In this document: positions 38,990-52,599 of the stretch, piece after piece | Layout of the letters: every line of letters starts with the position of its first letter | Position numbering within the stretch: position 1 is the stretch's first letter | Assembly: GCF_001194135.2 (NCBI RefSeq) | Contig: NC_068985.1 | Coordinates: forward strand, 30,509,516 to 30,573,515 | Source of the DNA: Octopus bimaculoides | Lineage: Eukaryota | Direction of reading: 5' to 3' | Length of the DNA stretch: 64,000 bases | The notes under the pieces: generated by a model | What the model saw: the letters and a program-made list of their open reading frames with translations, nothing else | What the model was told of the DNA's origin: nothing | Databases searched by the model: none | Program-made: the position numbers and the translations under genes

Positions 38990-39541
38990 TTTGAAACCAA
39001 ATCCACCCGCTTGTTGCTTGTCAAAACAAGCGGGAAATCCTCTCCACACCAGATGATTGACGAGGAAACACTCGACCCCCTAAGAACTGTGTTGATCAAG
39101 GAATGGTCAGTCTTTTGTTTAGGGTTTGACCTACATTACTGACCATACTCTTTACAACAGAGAACACTTCGTATCTCTTTCGCTTTTTTGTGTCAGTAGA
39201 CCATGGAGCAACATGCTTTTCTGCGTCAGCCATGACCAAGAGCAACACTTCCCTTCGCCCTCAGCTCGACGTACGAACAGAAGCTTTCGGCCACAAGAAA
39301 GACGATGTCACCTTTATCCTTTCTTCCTTTCTAGTCAGCACCGTGCATTCTTTACTCTTTCACTCTCTACTGACAGACAATTTCTACACACTACCAACTA
39401 CTAACCAGCGAGCCAACCTTTTTCTACACGATCACTACAATTACTACTGTCTTTTTAACTACCTGTTGGGCAAACGAATAAACATATGAAAATAATATTT
39501 CTTCCTTCTTGGTGTTGATTCTTCGATGTTCACTGGTTACT
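38990..39541 (+). mobile_element. Diverged solo-LTR-like element (family L2)
   Basis: AATAAA about 60 bp before a GTTAC end; its reverse complement shares motif order with 35301-35832. Confidence 0.45.
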
Positions 39542-39734
39542 NNNNNNNNNNNNNNNNNNNNNNNNNNNNNNNNNNNNNNNNNNNNNNNNNNNNNNNNNNN
39601 NNNNNNNNNNNNNNNNNNNNNNNNNNNNNNNNNNNNNNNNNNNNNNNNNNNNNNNNNNNNNNNNNNNNNNNNNNNNNNNNNNNNNNNNNNNNNNNNNNNN
39701 NNNNNNNNNNNNNNNNNNNNNNNNNNNNNNNAAA

Positions 39735-40020
39735 ACATCTAAAGCTCCACGAGGCTCCGGCAGGCGATGGTGGCGAACCCTGCTGTACTCTTTCACCACA
39801 ACTTTCTCTCACTCTTTCTTCCTGTTTCTGTTGTACTTGTAATTCAAAGGACCAGTCTTGTCACACTGTGTCACGCTGAATATCCCCGAGAACTACGTTA
39901 AGGGTACACGTGTCTGTGGAGTGCTCAGCCACTTGCACGTTAATTTCACGAGCAAGCTGTTCCGTTGATCGAATCAACTGGAACCCTCGACGTCGTAAGC
40001 GACGGAGTGCCAACAACAAT
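39735..40020 (+). mobile_element. Short retroposon 3' end with RTE-like tail
   Basis: Ends CGTCGTAAGCGACGGAGTGCC(AAC)n; an identical tail occurs at about 26960-26988. Confidence 0.55.
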
Positions 40021-40296
40021 CTGTGTAATTATTGCTGACATTGGTACACTGAAAATACAATGAAATTGATAAAATTGCAGTTACAGAAGAACTATATATG
40101 CATAATGTTTGGTGCCCTAGCATGGCCACAGCTTTAGGGCTGAAACGTATAAAAGAATGAAAATAATTTAACTCTTTTACCTTCCGAGGGAGTGGAGGGA
40201 CTCTCTCATTTGAAATTTGTTTTGATATACTTATCACAATGCGTCGTATTCTGTTTTTCTGAATAACTGAGTGGAATACTCACTGTTTGTTTAAAC

Positions 40297-40770
40297 CAGG
40301 GGTTCTCAACCTTTACTATTTTGTTCTAGTGAACCCCCATAGCCATTCGATGTTTAAAAACTAGTTTTATAGATGCTTCTTTCAGAATTCCTATTTTGTT
40401 TATCACACATTCCGTTGAGTAGGCTGAACTATGTAAAACGTGATTCTCAACCATTTTTTTATCTATGGACCCCTTTTATTATTGTTTCGTTCTTGGGAAC
40501 CCCATAGCCATTCGCTGTTTAAAGACCACTTTTATAGACACTTTCAAAATTCCTATTTTGCTTATCACACATCAACTTGAGTAAGCTTAGCTATATAAAA
40601 CATCAGAGAAACTCAGCTGTTTCTTGCAATAAATACATCTAATGCATAAAATTTTCATGGACACATAAAATACTCTCGTGGATTCCAAATTTACTATTTT
40701 GCTTGTGTGGAAGCCCAGAAATCTTATACGGACTCCAAGGGGCCATGTGGATCCCAGTTGAGAACCACTA
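40297..40770. mobile_element. hAT (Charlie/Buster-type) MITE, 474 bp, 8-bp TSD GTTTAAAC, with an internal duplication of about 150 bp
   Basis: TIRs CAGGGGTTCTCAAC and GTTGAGAACCACTA; GTTTAAAC at 40289-40296 and 40771-40778. Confidence 0.85.
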
Positions 40771-41149
40771 GTTTAAACCTTCTCCGAAGATGCTGCGATT
40801 CCTTGTCACACTGGGATGAGGACGGGGTGCCTGAAGAAAGAACCTCTCTCCACGCCGCCAACGTAGTTGCTGCAGCGGCTATCGCTGGCTGATTCTTTAC
40901 GGCAACATTTTTACAATACTATCTACGGAGCATAGGTGAACAAATTATTCAACAGATAATGCGGCATTTGTTTGTTTCAATAAATATATGGTATGTTTGT
41001 TGGAAAAAATAAAATTTAATGAAAGAAAAATAATGAGCATCTAAATCTCTGCAAGACTTCGTTTCAACGGGAAATCAGCATCAGTTTTCTATATTTAAAA
41101 ATAAAGTGATTATAACCAACATTATTGGTGTCGCAGACAGGTAGGTTTT

Positions 41150-43260
41150 CATGTCGAAACGACTTTCTTGAGTAGCAGACGACTATTGCATAAGTCATGT
41201 GGTAGGGAACGAGATTACACGAGAGTGAGAAATAACATTAATATTCTTACTTTTTGTCATCGATGTGGCTAGGTAAGTAATCAATTAAACATTTGTATAT
41301 GTAACACTTACTCATGTGCCTGTAGTAGTCTGCTTATTTTCTCCTTTTGTACCAGCATAGAAACATTATTTTGAATTACAACCTGATATATTTCACATAA
41401 TGCCCCTTTGTTTATTTCAATTCTATGACAATTATTTCTACGTCCTTGTTTTCTCTTAGCCCCGCCTCTTTCCATTATTTTGTTTGGATCGTGCTGAGTT
41501 TTATGTTTACACATGTATGCGTTACTGTATTGAACATAGACATGTTTTTTGTTTTTTTTTAGATATCTGTGTTTTCTCATTATGCATACAATTCGATATA
41601 TGTTAACAGAATAGTTCATATTTACTTGAACACCCTTTTACATTTTTATAATAAAAAAAAAAAAAAAAAACGCTTGAAGGGGTTAGCGTACTGTTGTTAT
41701 GTTCGTGATTACAAAATTTAATCTTGTTTAGCACCTTTTATTCTATTAGATGTAATAAACTGACTGACGTCCGCAGTGTGAAAAAAAAATGCACCACCTG
41801 TCACTCTGGAAACCTGTGTCATACCACTGTGCGAAAATCAACACCTATTAGTAGACATAATTCTAGCTTAAAGGAAATTCATATCTTAGCGTTCTGAACC
41901 GTTGCATTAATCTGATATCATCAGATTATCGTATTCTTTATAAATGCTAGTTTCTTCTGCTTTAAATACTAAAATAAATGATAGGGAAAAATTCATAATT
42001 GAATTAATAAGGATATCCGAACCCGGCAATAATGCAGCCATTTTAGCTACACGAGCTGCGATATTGCCTCTCAAAGAAAAGAAATGACAACACTTCCTTT
42101 GAAGAGAAATTGCTGAGGGTGTTCATTTATTATGGTTATGAGTGTTTATGAATTAAAAGATTGAGTGTGCAATTTCTCTTTATTCCATATGACTGTTGAA
42201 AGAAGATTAAAATTGTTGATTAAGATGTGAGAATACTGTGGTAAGTAAAACCTGATTTTCCCGGGACGGAAAAGAAAAAGAAAAGTATGCAATTGTATTT
42301 TATGATTTGGACGAAGTGGAGTGAGGTGGGGGGCAATTTTCATTGAAGGGTCTCTCTCTCTCTCAATGATCATATTGTTGAATGATAAAATAGCGTGTTT
42401 ATAGTCAATATTTTCAACATCAAATATGTTATAGGCAAGAGGGTCGAATGAGGTGATTATAAAAATGTAGGGACCAGCTATAGCATTATTCTTTAGTCGA
42501 GCAAGCAAGAAGAATTGTGAAATATTTTTGTATTCGGTCCTTGTTCTGGACATCTGTTATTACAAAATCTCTTCAGTCAGCGTGTGTGTTTGTGTGTGTA
42601 TACACGTGTGTGAGATAGTTCGTAAACAAATCTAACGAAACAATTCACCAATTTATTTGTGTATTGATGGAAGTAAGAATGATGCATATTCTTTCGCAAA
42701 CTATTTTGTATTAAGGTTTAGATTAGATTCTGCTATTGAATAAATAGTCTGTACCTCTATGAGAGTTGAAATCACTCAACAAATACTGTTTTAACTGTCA
42801 TTTTTCACCATCTTGAAATGAAGTAATCGCTGTTTAGGGAAAATGTCTTCTAGTTGTAAACAAAAATAATTATCCTTCACGCTAATGATATTTTTACATA
42901 GACAGTAAAGCCAGCAAAGTGTTGTCGTTGTTACACTCCAGTGCTACCCCTATCTGGCAAACCCATGAGGACTACATTATTCAACGTGTTCTTCCTTTTT
43001 AAGAAGCTAGTATTTTGTTTGAGGTCATTTGGCTGCTGTTTCTAGCAGGGCGAGCTTTAGCATAGCGGCACCCTCGTTGATTTAAGGCTCTCTCGGTAGG
43101 TGGGAAATGTGGGAGAATGTGACATTTATGTCTTTTCATAGACTCATCACTGTTTATGAAGTTTGTATCTTCAACCCGGGGTGGGATGTATTTACATTCA
43201 GTTTGCTGGGAATGAATAGAAAGAACCATTGATTCTAGTCCGTCTTGTCGAGGTGAGGCC
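41150..43260 (+). promoter_or_regulatory. Candidate promoter/5' exon region of the downstream gene
   Basis: CpG-retaining unique DNA just before the CpG-depleted domain. Strong donors CTAG|GTAAGT (41273) and CGAG|GTGAGG (43253); YY1-like GCAGCCATTTT near 42036. Confidence 0.3.
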
Positions 43261-45656
43261 CTACTTTTTGATAGAATAGATATAATGACATAGTCTAAAA
43301 TACAGAACTTCGTTAATCACTAAACAAAGAATATTGTTTTTCCTATGTATTTTCGTATACTTTCGGGGGTCTTTTTATACATGTATTTTTACACTACGTT
43401 ATCCTCTCGTACAAAAAGAACCCGAAAAGATACACGCAAAGTAGACAAAAATACAAAGGATTAAATTAAATCTTATTATTTTATGAGGTAGACATTTATT
43501 ATTCGTCACTAGTGTCTATAATGATTCGTCTACCATCAGTTGAGACGATTCACACTTCTCATTTGAAATATTTTCATATTCACACCTTAAACAAACTATA
43601 AAAGCAACATGGAAATTAGTTAAAAAATCATTTTCTGTGCCATATAGGAAGGAAATGAAGGAAGACTTAGGAAATTTACAACTGTTATGTTGTTAGACTT
43701 GTTATGAAAGGTGTTCCAGCGGCGACACTCATTTTGTATATTTAGTACTACATTATCCAAGGTGCCGATCTCTTTTTAAAGGAGCGGATTTTACTATTAT
43801 TTCCAACAGGTCCGATGACCACATAGAAATTTCCTTATCTCTTTACATGCATTATAAAGTCTCACTCTTGCTATACGATACGGCTAAATAAGAAACAATA
43901 CTATGTTTTCAGTTATATCATATAACCTGACAAAATTATATCTATTACACATTTATAATTAAGATAAATTGTTCAGATCACGATACCTCGACCTATTCTA
44001 AAAAGAATGTTAAAGCCAAAGTAATATTTGTTTCATGTTATCCATTCATCGTTTCCTACTCTCTCAAAATACTTGCTTAGGTCATGGTTTGAGTAGTTAT
44101 ATTATGATTCTATTTATTAATCTTACACATTTTTTTTTTCTTTTTGTCAACGATAATCTATATTAATCCCTAATAGTAAACTGTTTTTGTTAAAAAAGAA
44201 AAAGAAAAAAACTTTGCTGATGTATATTGTATATGAAGCTGTTTGAGACTACAATGATGCCAATTATTTGCTTACACTTCTTTCTTCGTTACTTTTAGTG
44301 TCATTGATTCATTATACAGGCTGACAGTAGCATTTTTTCTTTTTAGGTTAATTCTTTTTATAAATCAGTAGGATTCGTCTGATCAGTGCTTATAGCCCCT
44401 TTCTCTTGTGTTATGCAAATGTGAGATAAATTTTTCTGCTTGGATGGGTTGTTATATTATGTAAGTGTCTCCTGTGAAGTAAGACACCTATCTGAATGAG
44501 TTAAGACAAGTGGAACCAAGTGTTTTGCCAAAAGGCAAACTGAAATGCCAGTCATGTACCATATTCATTTGGCCATTTACTTTGTAAGTGTGCTTGTGTA
44601 TTTCACACACAACAATGAAGCCATTATATTATATGTCAAGTATCAATGATATTTCTATAATTCTATATTTTTTGTGGTGCCAACAATAACATTGTAAAAT
44701 CAAAACTTCTTAATTCACAAAGGAGACTTTGAGATTCCCTTCCCTTAAAAATGCACAAAGGGTTCTCTCAAGATTGTGTTTTTGGTTCTCAACTTTTAAT
44801 TTTTCTAATGAAAACTGTTAAGAATGTGAACATCTATTATATGCACCATGCATTGCCAGATGAAGTAAATTTAGATGAATAACATCTCTTTTCTATTCAA
44901 CAATATAACCCATGGCATCTTTATATTTATGGACTCTAGACATTAATGTAATCAATGTTGTTAACTTTGATAGAAAGTTATGTGGTGAGAGTGTTCTGCT
45001 GGGAAAAGTCATGTAACTTCTGGACAAGAAGACCTATTATCAAAAGCATTCTAGCCATACCATCTCTTCAGACATAATTTATATTGGACTACATTATCTA
45101 GTATTTTTTTTTTTATAGATGACAGTTTGATTTGAGAGACTTGGCTGCTATTTTGAGCAAGTCAAGTAACTATGTAGAGGCTCTCTCATTAGTATTGGCT
45201 TGTTAAGGAAAAGTGCTTAGTAGGGAAAATGTTTTTAGTAAAGGTTAAAAAGAGTTGGAAATAATTGACAGAGTTGAGTGTATTGAGTATTACACTTGTC
45301 TCTCTTACAGACCAAGCATGGGAAGAAGACACAATTCAAAGTTAAATTTAGCAGTGGAAACAGTGATGATAAATGTGTGTAGCAAGCATCTGATATTTTA
45401 ATGACTGATGTACTATAAAATATAGGCTAAAGTACAGTTTTCTCTGAAGGGAAATCCAATTGATTTTTAGCTATGCTTCCAAAATATATTAAATTAGAGC
45501 TATTTATGTCTTCCATGTAAAAGATATTTTGAATGCTTTCAGTTCAATGTTGGCCTTGATGTTTTCTTTCGATTTTTACTAGCACATTTTCTTGAAATAA
45601 TGGTAAATTAGTAGTGCTTGTCTATTGAACAGTAATAAACTGTATCACATGATGTA

Positions 45657-47008
45657 CAAGGGTTGGCTGAAAAGTTCATAGATTGACTAAGATACTCTCA
45701 GAGAATATGACCAAATGAGGTTTATTTTTCAACATAGTCCACCCCCACTGCAGTCCACAAATTTCTTCCATCAGTGTTGCAGTGCTTGGATCCCATTGGT
45801 GAAAAAGCTTTCATCCTGTTGGTCAAAAAATTGTCATGGTGGGGCCCCAGTATGGCTGCAGTCTAATGAGTAAAACAAGTAAAATGAGAAAACAGCAGAT
45901 ATGATGTCATCATCACTGCAATACTGGTTTTCAGAAAAGTGTTTTCCCATGTTAGGGAACAGATGATAGTCAGATGGGGCCAAATGAAGAGAGAATAGGG
46001 AGGGTGATCAACAAGTTCAAAGCCACAATCATGCACAGCAGCTATTGAAAGCAAGGACTTGTGTGCTAGAGCATTGTCCTAACAAAACAAAACCCCTTTC
46101 ATCAGCTTTCCAAGGCGTTTGGTCTTGATAGCCTTTCTTAACTGCTTCAGCAAGTTGACATTGTGCTCTCCATTGATGGTGTGACTCTTTTGAAGATAGT
46201 CAATGAACACAATACTTTTTGCATCTGAAAAAAAACTGAGGCCATCACCTTCCTTCCCTGCAGATGAAACAACCTTGGCCTTTTAGGAGTAGGTGAGGAG
46301 GGGTGTTTCCACTGCATGGATTATCATTTTCTCTCTGGCTCAAAGTGATGAGGCCAACACTCATCCTTTAGGAAACTTTCAAGGAACCAAGTGGATCTGC
46401 CTCAAACAAGTCAGATTTTCTCATGATGCAATCAACCTGGTGTACTTTTGATCAGGTGCCTGAAGATGTAGCACTCACTGAACAGATACTTTTGCCATGC
46501 TGAGTTCATTGTGCAGAATATTCTCAACTCTCATATCCCATGAGGATATGCTAATAACATTGGCTTTTTAATTGATAGTCAGTTGCCTGTCATCCATTAC
46601 CTTGTGGTGAGCATGATCAATGTTTTCCTTGGTGGTGACATTTGCAGGACATCCAGATCTTCGATCATCTTCAAGACTCCCCCCCTCTAAATTCAGCTGT
46701 CCACTTTTGTTCTGTCGATAAAGCTGGAGTGTTATCCCCTAACATAGTAACCACATTAGCATTGATGCTGTTTGGAGCTAAACTGTTATTCTGCAGGTAC
46801 TTGATAACACCACAATGCCAAATTTTGTTCATTTTCATGAGAAGTGGATACTAGTTACTTTTCAGGTTTTCTTTAAACAGTCAGATGTCGGTTTACTTGG
46901 AAAGAAACTATGCAGTTATTTATAAGAAGAGTTGAAATTAATGCATGCAAAATTTCACAGTTTTAGCACCACTCCTTCATATACTAAAACCAATCTTATG
47001 TCAGCCAG
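45657..47008 (-). mobile_element. Decayed near-full-length mariner transposon
   Basis: TA-CAAGGGTTGGCTGAAAAGTTCATAG TIR; minus AAVHDCGFELVDHPPYS motif; the other TIR is truncated; a small SINE tail is inserted near 45840-45900. Confidence 0.8.
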
Positions 47009-47558
47009 GTAAAGCTATCTAGCATATCTTGTAACATTGAGTTGCTGGAACACTATGAAAATGGGTGATGAAAGCACAATATTTAATTTGTATGGTGTAA
47101 AAGAGAAATAATATAGGAGTGGTTAATTGACTGAAACAGGAAGAGTTCAACAGAACAGATATCTTCCAAAATCTTATCCATACTATTAGAATTCTGGACA
47201 ACATAGGTGTTCACATTAAAAAAAAAAAAATAAGGCATAAAATGAAGTTCCCATTTTTGAAAAACTACCAAACAATCCATTGAGTTATTGGAACATCACT
47301 AAAATATCTTTTTGTAGTGATTTAAGAATGAATACACTGGAGTGGATTCTGTTGCTTTTTACTTTTCTATGCATATCAGAGGATTTGAGTTCAATATTAC
47401 AAACTGATGAAACATTTTTCAATTACATCATGCTCCTTCTACTGAATTGTTTCTCTTTATAGATTAAGCAATTGAAATTTAAGATTTGTTTTTGTCAAAT
47501 AGTGTAACACTATTATATATACTGTGATATCACACATTAACAATTTGGAAATATTGAT

Positions 47559-47737
47559 TTCAAATCTTGGCACAAGGCCAGTAATTTCAGGAAGAGGTAA
47601 GTCAATTGCATCAACTCCAGTACTCAACTGGTACTTATTTTATCAACCCTGAAAGGATGAAAAGTAAAGTCGACCTCAGCGGAATTTGAACTCAGAATGT
47701 GAAGACAGTATGTTCACATTTTGAGTTCACTACCGTA
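47559..47737 (-). mobile_element. 5'-truncated family B SINE with a 20-bp TSD
   Basis: AACAATTTGGAAATATTGAT at 47539-47558 and 47738-47757. Confidence 0.85.
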
Positions 47738-48624
47738 AACAATTTGGAAATATTGATGTATGTTAGTAATGGTAAATTGATGATTATTATAATTAAAACA
47801 GTGACAGTCAAGGAAGTGGTGCTAAAATTAATGATTTAACAGTTATTAACTACCTCTGGCTAAACTAGTACATTAATTCATTAGAAATAGCTTTTGTTGG
47901 TTAATCCTATAAGAAACCTGATTGAACATATCTATGACCAAAGATCTTTTATCTATAACCATTCCATTTTTTAAGCATATGTAGGACTATATTGTCTAAT
48001 ATGTGCTATCCTTAAGATGCTAGGGTGTAATTTGAGTGATATTTGGCTACTATTTCTAGCTGGTTGGAGGGCAGTGTAAGAGGCTCCCTTTTTTATTTAT
48101 ATTTAATGTTATATTGCTTATATAAAACTGACAATAATGAAGAGGAAGATGATCAATGAAACACTATCCTTTTTCATCTGTACGAACTGCTAAGTATTTT
48201 AGGAAAATATTAAACATTGTTTGTATCTTGGATTACTTTAATTACTCCATTTACATTATGGTGATTGCTTAGTGAAAGAAGCACTAAGCGTTAACTTTAT
48301 GTTATAATACAATTATTGATTTTAACATCGTTCTATTTGAATGCATGAATTATTTACACTGATTCTATCTCTAAAAATTCCATTTGAGGATTAATACTTT
48401 TATTAAGAACTCACACATCTCTTGTATCTGTGTCCTTAGTCTTCTTTTATGATCAATAGTTGTAGCATTTTCTCAGCTTACTATTCTCTCTCTCTCTTTT
48501 ATGTTATATGCAAAGTACTACCATTTTACACATTCAACATATCCAAATACTAAAAAAACTGGGTACCACTATTTTTTTACATTTGCTCGACTGATTGCTT
48601 GTGTGTCAGTTTTGATACTGATTT

Positions 48625-48835
48625 CAAATTTTGGCAGAAGACCAGCAATTTCAGGGGAGGGGATTAGTTAATTACATCAACCCCAGTGTTCAACTAGTAC
48701 TTATTTTGTCAAACCTCCAAAAAGATGAAAGATAGTGTCGACCTTGGCAGAATTTGAACTCAGAACATAGAGATGGATGTAATGCCGCTAAGCATTTTGT
48801 CCGGTGTGATAATAATTCTGCCAGCTCACTGCTTT
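48625..48835 (-). mobile_element. SINE family B copy, CpG-decayed
   Basis: Homologous to family B with CG changed to TG/CA. Confidence 0.8.
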
Positions 48836-49849
48836 ATGTCTGTTCTGATATTGCAAAATGTTAGGGATAGAGTGAATTCCTGTAAAGGTAGAGACAAGGG
48901 GTAAGTGGCAGCATTAAGCCAAATGACATATTAAATCTACCACCTAAAAACAGATATAGTTCATTTGATGGACTTCTACACAGTTTCCACCTACCCAGTT
49001 TCCCTCTCGAGGCTTGAGTTGACTTAAGTCAGTGGCAAAAAACACTTGTCAAAAGTTCCATACAGAAGGATTGAACTCAAAACAATGTGATTATGAAGCA
49101 AACTTCTTAACCTGACCATGCTGGTGTTTATATGTAGGAAAAATTCACCTTTATTTTTGTTAACCTTTTAGTGAATATTTGGCTTGATAATTTAATGGAA
49201 TGAGAGTGGGGTTCACATCAAACATAGCTATAATTTAGAAAGTGAGACTTAATTTTTAAAATGCTTTAGATCTCTTTGGGTTCTGTCTGTCCTTTACATT
49301 CCCAGCACATAGTCATTCAACATTTGTTGTCAGTGAAAGTGATATGTAATTCATTTAAGTTACATTTAACTTTTATTTTGGATTACAAATATATTTTCAA
49401 GTGTATATCTAACTTCTTTTTACAATTTTCTTTTACTTTTATGAAAAAATTTGCTTCTTCATATTTTAAGAGTTATATTTAACAATTCTGCAAAATATTT
49501 TCTTTTTGGTGTCTTTTATATGACTACTTAGTTAAGATATTGGTCAGATTTACAGCATGCTCAAAATAAGCTGTAAAAAGTAAAGTTTCGCTCTCATTTG
49601 GAAGGTTATCCAGCTGTATCATATAATTCGGTATTTTGTACTAGAATTCCTAACTAGATAAATTATCCTTATACATGATAACAGAAAATCAAATGCGAAA
49701 TGTTAAAAAGAGCAAAAAAATCTATGTATTTAGATTGTGTATAATCTTGATTACAAGTTTAGATGGAACAATCCTACTCTCTCTCCCTCCCTCTCTCTGA
49801 CACCTTTCCTTCCAAAAACTTCATATTTTCTTCTCACTTCTTCCTCTAG

Positions 49850-49895
49850 AGTTTTAATAATAATAAGGGCTTATGGAAAACACTATTCAACAAAG
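49850..49895 (+). CDS. Candidate internal exon (RVLIIIRAYGKHYSTK), unknown gene
   Basis: Strong acceptor TTCTTCTCACTTCTTCCTCTAG and weak donor AAG|GTTTGG; phase 2 to 0 fits the next candidate. Confidence 0.35.
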
Positions 49896-50084
49896 GTTTG
49901 GATGGGGTGCCATTTTCTTGATAAGCAACTGAATCCATGAACGGAAAGTTAGTATTTTTTGTCTTTTTCTTATATTCTATGGCATTAGACTGGATTGGGT
50001 TTTAGATATTCAAAATTCTGTGTTGCATCTATAAAATAGCAACGTCTCACTTTACACTCCAAGAAATGGAAAATTTTGTTATTA

Positions 50085-50285
50085 AGGTGAGTTGGCAGAA
50101 TCATTAGCACACCATACAAAAAGCTTAGCATAATTTCTTCTAATTCTTTACATTCTATGTTCAAATTCTGCCAAGGTCAACTTTGCCTTTCATTCTTTTC
50201 AGTGTACCAGTCAAGTACTGGCATCAATGTAACTGACTTGCATCCTCCTCTCAGAAACTGCTGACTTGGTGCCAAAATTTGAAAG
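50085..50285 (+). mobile_element. SINE family B copy with no remaining CpG
   Basis: Homologous head and tail; no CG dinucleotide in about 200 bp. Confidence 0.8.
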
Positions 50286-50340
50286 AATTATTATTTCTCC
50301 TTTACACAGTATGGATCTAATTTACTGAATTTTTTCCAAG

Positions 50341-50453
50341 CTAACTGTTAAGCCTTATCAAAAGGCTTTAGACAGAACATATTTTCCTAATCTGAGCTGT
50401 TCTAAGCCTGATTTTTGGAAGCACTTACATGTCTTAATGTCCGGCAATTCTAG
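50341..50453 (+). CDS. Candidate internal exon (LTVKPYQKALDRTYFPNLSCSKPDFWKHLHVLMSGNSR), unknown gene
   Basis: Open non-repetitive frame between TTTTTTCCAAG| and AG|GTAGTA; phase 0 to 2. Splice sites are moderate. Confidence 0.45.
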
Positions 50454-50776
50454 GTAGTACAATAGCTAGTTTTTGTCTTTTCTTTTACTTTTTTTTTTCA
50501 CTGGATTGAACCTAATGCTATCATCCCACTTGTGGTTTTGGGTTTAGTCCCACTAGCAGTACCTTGGGCCTTATACCATTGCTCCCAGGCTGAATATGGC
50601 CTTGTGAGACAGAAACAGAAAAAAGGCCTTCATATATATGTGTGTTTGTGTCTGCATGCATGTATGTGTGATTGATTCTTTATATTTGCACTTCTCTGAA
50701 AATTGCAAGCTATGAGTGGTTGTTATCGTTTCCCCTGTCAACAAATCATCTGCTGGCTTTATTTATGCCTTCAAAG

Positions 50777-50811
50777 ATGTGGAAAATTAGAAATCCTTTA
50801 CATGAAAAACA
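50777..50811 (+). CDS. Tentative short bridging exon (RCGKLEILYMKN)
   Basis: Chosen because phase 2 to 1 links its neighbours; weak AAG acceptor and A|GTGAAT donor. Confidence 0.2.
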
Positions 50812-51060
50812 GTGAATGGTTAATAACGGGAAGGACATCAGGCAATAAAACAATGCCTCGATAATATATTTATCGAATCCATCCCAGTGTGGAAAAACAG
50901 ATGTAAAATTAAATAAGAAATTAATTTCAAAAATCATGAATTTGTTATTGTTGCCGTATTTCTCCATACTATCTGGTGACAGAAACTGAAAGTATTATTT
51001 CCACTGATTCAGAAGATATTTTCTAAACTTGAAATAACATGTTTTTAAAACCTTGCACAG

Positions 51061-51111
51061 TCTATGAAAACATGTCAGGCCATGGAGAAATATTACCTTA
51101 CCTGGAAACAA
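51061..51111 (+). CDS. Candidate internal exon (YENMSGHGEILPYLET), unknown gene
   Basis: Acceptor TTTTTAAAACCTTGCACAG and donor CAA|GTGAGG; 51 nt, phase 1 to 1, joins in frame to the 54575 exon. Confidence 0.45.
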
Positions 51112-51343
51112 GTGAGGGTAGAGGATAGGAAAATTGTCTGGGCATAGAAAATCTTCAACAAATTCTGTCTGACCCATGCCTGCATAGAAAATGAATGTTC
51201 AGTGATAATGATCTATATATATATGTAAAGTGATTGGTATTAAGAAGAACATCCAGCCATAAAAACCATGCCAAAACAAAAGTGGAGCTTAGTGCAGGCC
51301 TGTAGCTTGCCAGATCCTGTCGAACCATTCAACCTATGCCTTC

Positions 51344-51397
<54 letters not shown>

Positions 51398-52599
51398 NNN
51401 NNNNNNNTATATATATATATATATATATATGGAATTAATATCAGATTTTTATATATTTAACTTCTCTAAATTTTGGTCTGAAGTGTTAACTCAAACAGTG
51501 AACGGTAAAAGTAGATTTACTTGACCTTCATTCAAGAAACTTGTATTGCTACATTTAATATAAAACAATTTGAAGGCATTACGGTTCAACTAAAGATTGA
51601 AATATAAAGCTATTTATATTTTATTGTGGACATTACAGAAATTCAAGTTGGCTTAAATACTTAAGGAATAGAACAGGTACTGAAGTGTAATTTTATTTTA
51701 AAGCTTTCAGAAAAATGCCATTTTATTTGAGGTTAATTTTTCTATATAGATACTCTTTTCATTGTAATAGTAGTTGGTCATTGGATTAAAACAAACAGTT
51801 CGTTTGTTTAATTTGAATGATTGCAAGCTTAAGTGTTGAAAAGCAATTTCAAAAATGTTCAAATGGCATTTGTAATTTTTAAGATACTGGTAAGGAAATA
51901 AAATAACAGTAAAAATGTAATACAAAAGCAGGGGCTTATTTTATGATCTCCAGTAAATGCTGTCCTGCATTTGCATTAGATAGAATACTTCATGAAAAGT
52001 AGTAAAATAAACTAACCCATGCTAGCATGGAAAACAACTGTTAAGTGATGATGATGATTAAGATTTCCAATGTCAAACAACAAAGTATAACATATCTACT
52101 TCTGGTGGATTTAGAAGAACTATCATTTAGAGACAATATCAATTAAGTAATTAACACCTAATTCTTAAAAAGGCTTCTTTTAATATTAATGAAAACTGAA
52201 ATGTCACTTGGTTTAATCAATATTTATATTGGTTCCATTAGATGTATCAAATAATAAGAAACTAAGATTAGTTATTATTGAAAATCCCATTTGTTACAAT
52301 ATAAACTACTAAATATTCTGCCAACTTTTAGATATTGATTAATGCATAATTTACACATTCTAATGATTTCTGCTTATTCATTTAGTTATGTGCATTATTT
52401 GCTGAATATGATTTTTTTTCCTTGCTGTGTTAACTGGAATTTTTTCATGGTGTAAATACAATATATTCCACTTCTACATTCATTTTTCCATCGTAATTAA
52501 TAGGAAAAATAGTTCTCACATTAATATATAGTCTTTCTTCCACATTGTACATTTTCCTTTTTCTTCTTCTTCTTCATCATCATCTTTATACCTATTTTT

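Noticed and set aside
42146-42553. 135-aa minus ORF
   Set aside because: AT-rich random composition, includes a (GA)n tract, and has no motif.
50310-50340. In-frame TGA upstream of the 50341 exon as a possible A-to-I stop-to-Trp or Sec recoding site
   Set aside because: Using the 50309 acceptor breaks phase with the upstream candidate exon, and no SECIS or editing evidence is visible.
50029-51179. Competing minus-strand model: exon 51102-51179 (MGQTEFVEDFLCPDNFPILYPHLFP), micro-exon 50429-50449 and a terminal exon near 50030
   Set aside because: It has good splice sites and consistent phase but overlaps the + strand exons, which link to the stronger 54575 exon. Disfavoured, not excluded; stranded RNA-seq would decide.
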